Part shown: positions 54,611 through 61,701 of the stretch, in pieces | Numbering within the stretch: the first letter of the stretch is position 1 | Layout: every line of letters starts with the position of its first letter | From: Candidatus Aldehydirespirator sp. | Lineage (GTDB): Bacteria; Actinomycetota; Acidimicrobiia; Acidimicrobiales; Aldehydirespiratoraceae | Direction of reading: 5' to 3' | Length of the DNA: 64,000 nt | NCBI GenBank assembly: GCA_965205155.1 | Contig: OZ242033.1 | Span: forward strand, 2,299,572-2,363,571 | The notes under the pieces: generated by a model | The model's database searches: none | What the model was told of the DNA's origin: nothing | What the model saw: the letters and a program-made list of their open reading frames with translations, nothing else | Translations under genes and position numbers: made by a program

Positions 54611-55765
54611 TTGACCGATGTGAACATTGAGGACGGCCCCGAGGGCCAGGCCGGGGCCGCGCCGGTGGCGGCGACGGCGGAGAAGTCCCGGCGCGGGCTG
54701 CCGGACTCGACCAAGCGGATCCTGTTGATCCTCGCGGGCGTGGTGGTGCTCGCGGGCAGCGTCTACGGCTTCTACTACACCTCCGACGCCTTCGACGACC
54801 GGGTGCCGGTGCTGGTGTCGGCCAGGCGCATCGAGGCGGGCGAGGCGCTGAGCTCCGCCGATTTGACCTCGGACCGGGTGCTGGTCGGGTCGATCCCCCA
54901 CATCGCGTGGACGCCGGACGCTCCGTTCGCGTTCGAGGGCATGGTGGCCACCCAGCCGATCCCGCAGGGCGCGCTCGTCAGCTACGAGATGGTCAAGCTG
55001 GACGAGACCCCCACCGACGGCGTCGTGCTGGAGCTGGACATACCGCTCGATCTGATCATGGCCACCGACGCGGTGGCCGAGGGCGACCCGGTGCTGCTGG
55101 TCGATCCCGGAGCGCCGCCGGTGCCCGGCGACGACGGCCGGCCGCGGCAGGTGGTGCGCCAGTTCGAGCTCACCAACTTCGACGGCTCGCGGATGCAGCT
55201 GTTCCTGGCGCCCGAGGAGTGGGCCGAGTGGGAGGAGCTGGTCGAGGAGGCGGGCGGAACGCTGATGATCGTCGACCTCGAGCTGGGCGACGACGCCGAC
55301 GACGCCGAGGCGCGGCTCAACGCGGTGTGGCAGGCCCAGTGGGACGAGGCGGTGGCCGAGCTGGCCGAGTCGCTGGCCGAGGCGGCGCCCACCGCCGGGC
55401 CGGGCGAACTCGAGATAATCGTGGCCCTCGACGACGGCCTGGTGCCCTCGGGCGTGTCCGAGGGCGACACCGTGCTGCTGGTCGACCCCGGCGAGGCGCC
55501 CGAGGGCAACGACTCGGGCCGTCCCATGGAGGTGATCGGCCTGCTGGAGCTCGACAACTACGCCGACGGCGTGATCCAGATGTTCGTGCCGCCCGAGGAG
55601 TGGCACTACTGGCTCACCCTGCCGGTGCTGCTCGGCGCCGACCCGCTGGTGCTGCCGGTGGCCGAGGGCACCGACGTGGACGACATGGCCGCCCGCCTCA
55701 ACGCCGAGTGGCGGGCCGCCTGGGAGGCCTTCGCGGCCGCGGCCCTGGCGCCGGAGCCGCAGTGA
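54611..55765 (+). CDS. cpaB: CpaB/RcpC-like pilus assembly protein (TM + SAF domain) with internally duplicated C-terminal module
   Basis: TTG 54611 with AGGAGG 8 nt upstream. ILLILAGVVVLAGSVYGFYY TM helix. VPVLVSARRIEAGEALSSADL is SAF-like. Two homologous ~110-aa modules (GDPVLLVDPG...EEWAEWEEL / GDTVLLVDPG...EEWHYWLTL). Confidence 0.7.
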   Translation: MTDVNIEDGPEGQAGAAPVAATAEKSRRGLPDSTKRILLILAGVVVLAGSVYGFYYTSDAFDDRVPVLVSARRIEAGEALSSADLTSDRVLVGSIPHIAWTPDAPFAFEGMVATQPIPQGALVSYEMVKLDETPTDGVVLELDIPLDLIMATDAVAEGDPVLLVDPGAPPVPGDDGRPRQVVRQFELTNFDGSRMQLFLAPEEWAEWEELVEEAGGTLMIVDLELGDDADDAEARLNAVWQAQWDEAVAELAESLAEAAPTAGPGELEIIVALDDGLVPSGVSEGDTVLLVDPGEAPEGNDSGRPMEVIGLLELDNYADGVIQMFVPPEEWHYWLTLPVLLGADPLVLPVAEGTDVDDMAARLNAEWRAAWEAFAAAALAPEPQ

Positions 55766-55882
55766 CCGTCGCCCGCCCGGTTGGGGAGGCGCCGTGCTAG
55801 CGGTGGTCGCCGTCGGGGGCGCAGTGACGGTCGTCCGCTGGGTTGGGGAGGCGCCGTGCTAGCGGTGGTCGCCGTCGGGGAC
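55759..55882 (+). repeat. 62-nt tandem duplication (57/62) of the cpaB-stop/tadZ-start junction
   Basis: Units 55759-55820 and 55821-55882. Each contains cagTGA, GGGGAGG and GTGCTAGCGGTGGTCGCCGTCGGGG. Confidence 0.9.
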
Positions 55883-56890
55883 GCGCAGCTCGATGCCGGG
55901 TCGGTCGGGCTGGCGGTGGCCCGCCGCTGGAGCGACTCCGGCGAGGGGGTGCTGTTCGTGGACGCCGACGCGGCCGGCTCGGGCCTGGCGCAGCGTCTCG
56001 GCGAGGCCGACCGCGCCGAGTACTCGCCCGCGGTGCGGGGCCTGCCGTCGCTGATGGTGGCCCGCGAGCCGGTCACTCTCAGGCTGCTGGCGGACCATTG
56101 CTACAGCCTCGACACCTCCGGCGGGTCGCTGTGGGCGCTGCTGGCGCCGTCGCACCCCGCGGGCGCGAGGCGCGCCGCCGCGTGGCTCGGCCAGAGCGCC
56201 GCCGGCTTGAGGGCCGTCGACGTCGAGCGCCGCGTGGTGGTGTCGTCGTCGCTGCCGGCCGCCGCCGACCCGGTGGTGCCGCTGCTGAAGGCGGCGCGGA
56301 TGGTGACAGTGCTGGCCCCCGTCGAGTCCGCCGACGCCGCCAAGGCGCTCTGGACGGCGTGCAGGGACGCCGGGCTGCACGGCTTCGACCGGGGCCTGCG
56401 GGTGCTGATCGTGGAGGGCGAATCGCCCCTCGACGACGACGACCTGCGAACCGAGACGGGCATGGTGGTGGCCGGGAGGCTGCCGGCCGTGCCCGACGAC
56501 AGGCTGCTGCGGCTGCAGGGCGGGCGCCGCGACCGGGCGTTCATCAAGAGCCTCGACAGGATCTCCGCCCGGCTGCTGGAAGCGTCCAAGCTCGACGCCG
56601 ACCGAGGCGCCGGACCCGGCCGCGAGCCGGACGCACAGGCCCCGCCCCAGCCCGAGCCCGCCCCCCAACCTCAGCGCGTGCCCACAGGCCATCCCCAGCC
56701 CGTGTCCACAGGCTCCGCGCCCGGCGGCTCGGTACCGGCGCGGCCCGAGCCGCGCCCGCAGCCGGTCCCGCCGGCGCGCCCGCCGGGGCCGTCGCCCGCC
56801 GGGAGTGTGACGGCGCCGGGACAGCACGCCCCGGAGCAGGGGCTCGAGGCCCCCGGCCGGAGCCGCGCAACCCGCCGCGGGAGGTTCTGA
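55856..56890 (+). CDS. TadZ/CpaE-like ParA-fold protein with degenerate P-loop and Pro-rich tail
   Basis: GTG 55856 in the second duplication unit. VLAVVAVGDAQLDAGSVGLAVARRWSDSGEGVLFVDADAAGSGLAQRLG aligns with the MinD/ParA N-terminus, but KGGxGK is replaced by GDAQLDAGS. Confidence 0.55.
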   Translation: MLAVVAVGDAQLDAGSVGLAVARRWSDSGEGVLFVDADAAGSGLAQRLGEADRAEYSPAVRGLPSLMVAREPVTLRLLADHCYSLDTSGGSLWALLAPSHPAGARRAAAWLGQSAAGLRAVDVERRVVVSSSLPAAADPVVPLLKAARMVTVLAPVESADAAKALWTACRDAGLHGFDRGLRVLIVEGESPLDDDDLRTETGMVVAGRLPAVPDDRLLRLQGGRRDRAFIKSLDRISARLLEASKLDADRGAGPGREPDAQAPPQPEPAPQPQRVPTGHPQPVSTGSAPGGSVPARPEPRPQPVPPARPPGPSPAGSVTAPGQHAPEQGLEAPGRSRATRRGRF

Positions 56891-56892
56891 CG

Positions 56893-58488
56893 ATGGTGCT
56901 GCGCGAGGAGATCTGGGAGGCGGTGCTGCCGGAGGTGCGCGAGTTCCGGCTGACCGCCGACGACGAGGACGAGTCGGAGGCCTGCCAGCGGATGGCCGTC
57001 GCCGCCATCCGGACCCGCGAGGCCCGGGCGCTCGACAGCACCGGCGAGATGCTCTCCGACGAGGACCTGGAGTGGGTGTTCGACCAGCTCTCCGCGCTGC
57101 TGGGGGCCGGCCCCATGCAGCGGTTCCTGCGCCGCCGCGACGTGGAGAACATCTACGTGTTCGGGCCGAACTATGCGGTGCTGGGCCTCACCGGCGGGCG
57201 CCAGGAGCATGTGCGCGAGCCGGTGTTCGCCGACGAGGACGAGATGGTCCGCTACATCGCCCACCTGGCCACCACCCACGGCCAGACCGGCCGCCGCTTC
57301 GACCAGTCGGCGCCGCTTTTGGACCTGCGGCTGCGCACCGGCGAGCGCATCTTCGCGGCGATGGCGGTGTGCGGCACCCCGTTCCTGACGGTGCGCTGCC
57401 ACCGCCAGCGGACCATCCGGCTCGAGAACCTGGTGGAGAGCGGGTCGCTGTCGCAGCAGGCCGCCGACTTCCTGCGGGCCGCGGTGCGCCCCCCGGCGCC
57501 GGTGAACATGCTGGTGTGCGGCGCGCTCGGCGCGGGCAAGACCACCCTGCTGCGCGCCCTGCTGGCCGAGATCGGCCCCTCTGAGATCGTGTGCACCCTC
57601 GAGCAGACCTTCGAGCTGTTCCTGGACCAGTCCCATCCGCTGACCTTCGCGGTGGAGACCCGCGAGGCCAACAGCGACGGCTCAGGCGAGATCACCATGG
57701 AGGAGCTGGCCAAGCGGTCGCTGCGCTCGGGCGCCGACCGGGTGATCGTGGGCGAGCTGCGCGGCTCGGAGGCGGCCACGTTCCTCTCCGCGTGCGGCAC
57801 CGGGTCCGACGGCTCGATGGCCACCATCCACGCCTCCTCTCCCCGCCAGGCCATGGCCCGCCTGGTGCGCTACTGCCTCGGCGCCATCGGCGCGCCCGCC
57901 CAGTCGGCGCTGGTGCAGGAGGCCTCCGAGGTGATCCACCTGGTGGCGCACCTGCGGGGCGACCCCCGCACCGGGTTCCGGGGCGTGAACACCATCTCGG
58001 AGGTGCTCAGCTCCGACGGCGACCGCTTCGAACTGCATGACGTGTTCGGGCGCCGCCAGCGCGGCGGCCCCATGACCCTGCTCGGCCGGCCCCGCAGCCC
58101 CGAGGTGATCGAGCGCCTCGCCGAGGGCGGTCTCGACATCTCCGACTGGCCCGAGCACGGCGACGACGCCGACGCGGGGGGCCGGTCCGCGCGGCCGCGG
58201 GCCTTCCCCGGCGACGGTCCTGACGACGGCGGCGACGACGCCGACGCGAGGGGCCGGTCCGCGCAGCCGTGGGCGGTTCCCGGCGACGGCTTCGGTGATG
58301 ACCTCGGCGACGACGCCGGCGCGGGGGCGGGGGGCCGGTCCGCGCGGCCGTGGGCCTTCGGGGGCGATGGTCCTGACGACGGCGGCGACGACGCCGGTGC
58401 GGGGGGCCGGTCCGCGCGGCCGTGGGCGGTTCCCGAGGGCGGCTTCGGTGATGACCTCGGCGACCGCATCTGGCCCGAGGACGGCTGA
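56893..58488 (+). CDS. tadA: CpaF/TadA-family secretion ATPase with repeat-containing acidic C-terminal tail
   Basis: ATG 56893 within track ORF 55843..58488. LVCGALGAGKTTLLRAL Walker A, DRVIVGELRGSEA Walker B region, GSMATIHASS His box. Confidence 0.88.
   Translation: MVLREEIWEAVLPEVREFRLTADDEDESEACQRMAVAAIRTREARALDSTGEMLSDEDLEWVFDQLSALLGAGPMQRFLRRRDVENIYVFGPNYAVLGLTGGRQEHVREPVFADEDEMVRYIAHLATTHGQTGRRFDQSAPLLDLRLRTGERIFAAMAVCGTPFLTVRCHRQRTIRLENLVESGSLSQQAADFLRAAVRPPAPVNMLVCGALGAGKTTLLRALLAEIGPSEIVCTLEQTFELFLDQSHPLTFAVETREANSDGSGEITMEELAKRSLRSGADRVIVGELRGSEAATFLSACGTGSDGSMATIHASSPRQAMARLVRYCLGAIGAPAQSALVQEASEVIHLVAHLRGDPRTGFRGVNTISEVLSSDGDRFELHDVFGRRQRGGPMTLLGRPRSPEVIERLAEGGLDISDWPEHGDDADAGGRSARPRAFPGDGPDDGGDDADARGRSAQPWAVPGDGFGDDLGDDAGAGAGGRSARPWAFGGDGPDDGGDDAGAGGRSARPWAVPEGGFGDDLGDRIWPEDG
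58159..58470 (+). repeat. Four 72-78-nt coding repeats (GDDADAGGRSARPxAxPGDGxxDD) at the TadA C-terminus
   Basis: ggcgacgacgcc recurs at 58159, 58231, 58306 and 58384. The peptide repeats are visible in the translation. Confidence 0.85.
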
Positions 58489-58489
58489 G

Positions 58490-58564
58490 ATGGCGGAGGC
58501 CCCGATCATCGGCGCGCCGGACGCGACGGGCTCCGGATCGGTGCGGGCGGGGGCATCGGGATGA
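58490..58564 (+). other. 24-aa leader mini-ORF; diverged duplicate of the tadB start
   Basis: ATG 58490 lies 1 nt after the tadA TGA. MAEAPIIGA... parallels tadB MIEGLIFGV... Its TGA (58562-58564) overlaps the tadB ATG at 58561. Offset 71 nt. Confidence 0.6.
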
Positions 58565-59469
58565 TCGAGGGCCTGATCTTCGGTGTGCTGGCCACCGCCG
58601 GGCTGGCCCTGGTGGCGCTGTCGGGTGCGCTCAGCCGCCTCCGCGTCCGCCGCAAGGACCAGGACCGCGACGGCAGGGCGGCTCACGCCGCGGCGCGGCG
58701 CGCCTCGGCCAAGGCCACCGGCGCCCAGCGGATCAGCCCGCTGATGGCGGTGCAGCTGGTGGCGGCCGTCGCCGGCGGGATCCTGGGCTGGACCGCTACG
58801 GGCCTGCTGGGGATGATGGTCCTGCTGGGCGGGCTGGGCGCCCTGCTGCCGCCGTTCATGGCCGCGCCCGCCCGCCGGCGCCGCCAGACCCGCCAGGCGC
58901 TGGCGTGGTCGCTGTGGAGCCGCCAGCTGGCCGAGCTGGCCCGGGCCGGCTCGAGCCTGGTCGAGTCGCTGCGCGGCAGCGTCGAGCACGCCCCAGCCGA
59001 GATCACAGCCACCGTCGAGCACGTCGCGGTCACCGCCGAGCTCGAAGGCCTCGAGGAGGCCCTCGACAGCCTCGCCGCCGCCGGCACGGTGTGGGAGCCC
59101 GAGGTGGCCGCCGGCCTGCGCGTGGCCGCCACCTCAGGCGGCGCGGTGGCCGATCCGCTGTTCGACCTGTGCGGCCGCATCGGCGACGTGGTCGACCTGC
59201 ACCGCTCCAAGACTGAAGCTGTGGTTCAGCTTTGGACCCAGACCATCGCGCTGCTGGGCCTGGCCGGCGGGGTGGTGCTGTTGATGTACCGCAACAACCC
59301 GGCCTACTTCGAGCCCTACGAGCAGGGCACCGGCCAGCTCGTGTTCGTCGGCATCGCGGGCCTGCTGCTGCTGTCGACGTCGTTTCTGGTGTACCACTCG
59401 GTGGTCCGCACCGAGAACTCGGTGCTGGTGCCGCCCCGCCGCCGCAGCCGGGCCAAGGACCCGATATGA
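58561..59469 (+). CDS. tadB: TadB-like type II secretion system F-family membrane protein
   Basis: N-terminal TM helix. T2SSF-like region LWSRQLAELARAGSSLVESLRGSVEHAP...GGAVADPLFDLCGRIGDVVDLHRSKTEAVVQLW. C-terminal TM helices. Confidence 0.65.
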   Translation: MIEGLIFGVLATAGLALVALSGALSRLRVRRKDQDRDGRAAHAAARRASAKATGAQRISPLMAVQLVAAVAGGILGWTATGLLGMMVLLGGLGALLPPFMAAPARRRRQTRQALAWSLWSRQLAELARAGSSLVESLRGSVEHAPAEITATVEHVAVTAELEGLEEALDSLAAAGTVWEPEVAAGLRVAATSGGAVADPLFDLCGRIGDVVDLHRSKTEAVVQLWTQTIALLGLAGGVVLLMYRNNPAYFEPYEQGTGQLVFVGIAGLLLLSTSFLVYHSVVRTENSVLVPPRRRSRAKDPI

Positions 59470-59539
59470 GCCCGCGTTCCACCCGGCAGGAAACGCCATG
59501 AGCCCGCGTTCCACCCGGCAGGGGACGCCATGAGCCCGC
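59466..59539 (+). repeat. 32-nt tandem repeat x2.3 at the tadB-stop/tadC-start junction
   Basis: atgagcccgcgttccacccggcagg(aa/gg)acgcc at 59466 and 59498 (30/32), and a third copy atgagcccgc starting tadC at 59530. This gives two 11-aa mini-ORFs, MSPRSTRQ(E/G)TP*, each ending in an ATGA overlap. Confidence 0.95.
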
Positions 59540-60351
59540 TGGTGCTGGGGGCCGCGCTGGCGTTCTTCGCCGGGGTGGTGCTGATCGCGGTCGGCGTGGT
59601 GGGGCCGCCGGAGCGCAGCCGCAGGTCGCAGACCCCCGGCGAGACGCTGCGCGACCTGCTGCCCACCATCAAGGAGGGCGACGAGCAGAACCTGCGCCTG
59701 GCCGGCATCACCCCGGAGTCGTACTCGCTGCAGCGCTTCGGCGGCCTGGTGGTCGGCTTGGCCGTCGGCGCGGTCATCAGCGCGGCCACGGGACGGGGCC
59801 TGGTGGGGGCGGCGCTGCTGTCGGTCGCCGCCGGCGCGGCCGGCTGGGTGCTTCCCATGCTGGGCGTGCGCGACACCGCCAAGAAGGCCCGGGCCGAGAT
59901 CGACCAGGTCATCAGGGTGTGGATCGCGCTGGTGGCCCAGCAGGTGTCGGCCGGGGTGGACCCGTCGGTGGCGATGCTGGCCGCGGCCCGGGTGGGGGAG
60001 CGCAACAGCTGGCGGCTGCTGCACCGGTTCCTGCTCGCCGCGCAGCAGGACCGCCGCCCGGTCTGGGAGGGCCTGGGCGACATGGTCAGCCGCTACGGCA
60101 TCCACACCCTTGCCCCGGCGGTCTCGGCGCTGGGCCTGGCCGCGGAGCGGGGCACCCGCATGGCCGAGGCCATCCTGGTGGCCGCCGACACGCTGTGGCG
60201 CGACGGCACCTCCCGCGAGCGCGAGAAAGCGGCCCGGCGGGCCCAGATCATCGTGGTGCCCGCCACCGGCGTGGCCCTCGCCTTGGCCGGCATCCTCGTC
60301 TACCCGCCGTTCACGTCGCTCACCGGCGGCGGCATCACCAGCCTGCCGTGA
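59530..60351 (+). CDS. tadC: TadC-like type II secretion system F-family membrane protein
   Basis: N-terminal TM helix, then IDQVIRVWIALVAQQVSAGVDPSVAML...AVSALGLAAERGTRMAEAILVAADTL (T2SSF-like) and a C-terminal TM helix. Confidence 0.65.
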   Translation: MSPLVLGAALAFFAGVVLIAVGVVGPPERSRRSQTPGETLRDLLPTIKEGDEQNLRLAGITPESYSLQRFGGLVVGLAVGAVISAATGRGLVGAALLSVAAGAAGWVLPMLGVRDTAKKARAEIDQVIRVWIALVAQQVSAGVDPSVAMLAAARVGERNSWRLLHRFLLAAQQDRRPVWEGLGDMVSRYGIHTLAPAVSALGLAAERGTRMAEAILVAADTLWRDGTSREREKAARRAQIIVVPATGVALALAGILVYPPFTSLTGGGITSLP

Positions 60352-60373
60352 GGCCCGCACCGTGAGCGCCGCC
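60346..60373 (+). repeat. 14-nt tandem duplication (11/14) of the tadC-stop/pilin-3-start junction
   Basis: ccgtgaggcccgca / ccgtgagcgccgcc. Mini-ORF GTG 60348..TGA 60365 (VRPAP*) ends on the pilin-3 GTG at 60362. Confidence 0.6.
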
Positions 60374-60772
60374 GCCGACGCCGGCCTCATCACCCTGGAG
60401 TGGCTCCTCATCGTGGGCGCCGTCGCGGGCCTGGCCGCGTTCTCGGTGCTGGCTGTGCAGCGGGTGATCGACGACACCGCCGAGGCGCCCGCCGACCCGG
60501 TGGTGCGCCTGCTGGAGGCCGACATAGCCGCCGCCTTCGTGGCCTCCGACGCCCAGGCCGACTTCGACGCGGCGGTCAGCGCCGGGAACCCGTCCTCCTA
60601 CGTGGACGGGAACTTCTCAAGTCGCTGCACCGGCGTCCGGACCGACTTCGGCGATGTAGTCGCGAACACGGTCTGGACGCCGCCTGCAGACTCGGGCACG
60701 CCGGCCAATCTCGACGACGACGTGCCCGCGAGGTGCGTGGTCACGCCACAATCGGCGGGCTTGGGGGGCTAG
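60362..60772 (+). CDS. Pilin-like protein 3 (short leader VSAAADAG/LITLEW)
   Basis: GTG 60362. LITLEWLLIVGAVAGLAAFSVLAV, then a ~100-aa domain with a Cys pair (SRCTGVRTDFGD...ARCVVTPQ). Confidence 0.65.
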   Translation: MSAAADAGLITLEWLLIVGAVAGLAAFSVLAVQRVIDDTAEAPADPVVRLLEADIAAAFVASDAQADFDAAVSAGNPSSYVDGNFSSRCTGVRTDFGDVVANTVWTPPADSGTPANLDDDVPARCVVTPQSAGLGG

Positions 60773-60925
60773 GCGATGGCTCTTAGCCCCGTAGGTGCGG
60801 ACAGCGGCCGGCAGCGGGCGGGCGGTTCGGGTCAGCACTCGGGCATGTCGGCGGGGACCGTCAGATCCTGCTGGCCCTGCTGGGGCGGGAGCAGCAGCGC
60901 CGGGCCGGTCGCGGCTGCGAGGGCC

Positions 60926-61558
60926 TCAGCAGGGTGGGAGCTGGGCGGGGATGTCGATCCCTCGCCGGTTGGCGGGGTCGTCGGGCGGCACCAGCAGAGC
61001 GGGGCCTTGAGCAGCCGCGTAGACGCGGTCCCAGCGGTTGGGCCACAGCGCGGCCAGCGGCCCGAACACCTCGCCGGAGACCACCACGCGCACCCACCCC
61101 GCCTCGTCGGCGACGGGCCTGCGGCTGCCCGGCGGACCGCTGGGATCCCCTCGAGGATTGAAGCACCAGTCGCTGTGCACCTCGGCCACGCCCGGTGTCC
61201 ACCAGCGCCATCCGCCCTCGGTGGCCGCCGCCCGGGCCACCGCGTCCTCGGCTGCCGCGGCCATGGCGAGCACGTCCGGATGCGGCTCGTCGGCCTCATA
61301 GAGGTTCCCGGTGTTCGGGTCGGTCAGGAAGTCGGAGCCGGCGGCGGCGCGCCATGCCGAGCGCAGGCCCTGCGACGCGGCCAGCTCGGCCTCGGAGCGG
61401 GCGTTGGTGACGATGAACGCGTGCACCAGCAGCAGCAGGATCGCGGTGATCAGCGCGGGCCACACCACCAGCAGGGCCAGTGTCTCGCCCCGCTCGTCGC
61501 GCCTCCTGCGAACTGGCGGCCGGCCTGCGGCGGCTCCGCGTCGCAACACGACCGCCAC
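60926..61558 (-). CDS. TadE/TadG-like pseudopilin family protein
   Basis: GTG 61558 (GGAGGG 12 nt upstream) within track ORF 60926..61714. RRRRDERGETLALLVVWPALITAILLLLVHAFIV resembles the ERG-x-hydrophobic N-terminus of TadE/G-like proteins. Confidence 0.55.
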   Translation of the reverse strand: MAVVLRRGAAAGRPPVRRRRDERGETLALLVVWPALITAILLLLVHAFIVTNARSEAELAASQGLRSAWRAAAGSDFLTDPNTGNLYEADEPHPDVLAMAAAAEDAVARAAATEGGWRWWTPGVAEVHSDWCFNPRGDPSGPPGSRRPVADEAGWVRVVVSGEVFGPLAALWPNRWDRVYAAAQGPALLVPPDDPANRRGIDIPAQLPPC

Positions 61559-61595
61559 GATACCGCCGGCGCCCTCCGGCGTCGGCAAGGACAGA

Positions 61596-61701
61596 CCCGA
61601 GGCGACCATCTGGAGGTGGCCCCATGAACGCAAGGACTTACCCGCTGCGACCCGGCGCGAGCACTTTCCCGAGGCGACCATCTGGAGGTGGCCCCATGAA
61701 C
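61596..61701 (+). repeat. 72-nt-period in-frame duplication of the RBS/start region of the PBP1 lipoprotein gene
   Basis: The identical 34-mer cccgaggcgaccatctggaggtggccccatgaac occurs at 61596 and 61668. ATG codons at 61624 and 61696 are in frame. Confidence 0.9.

Noticed and set aside
55843-58488. 881-aa ORF suggesting a TadZ-TadA fusion protein
   Set aside because: The first 350 codons are an alternative frame across the tadZ-like gene with Arg/Gly-rich nonsense. The ATPase homology and a plausible start (ATG 56893, 3 nt after the tadZ-like stop) begin only there.
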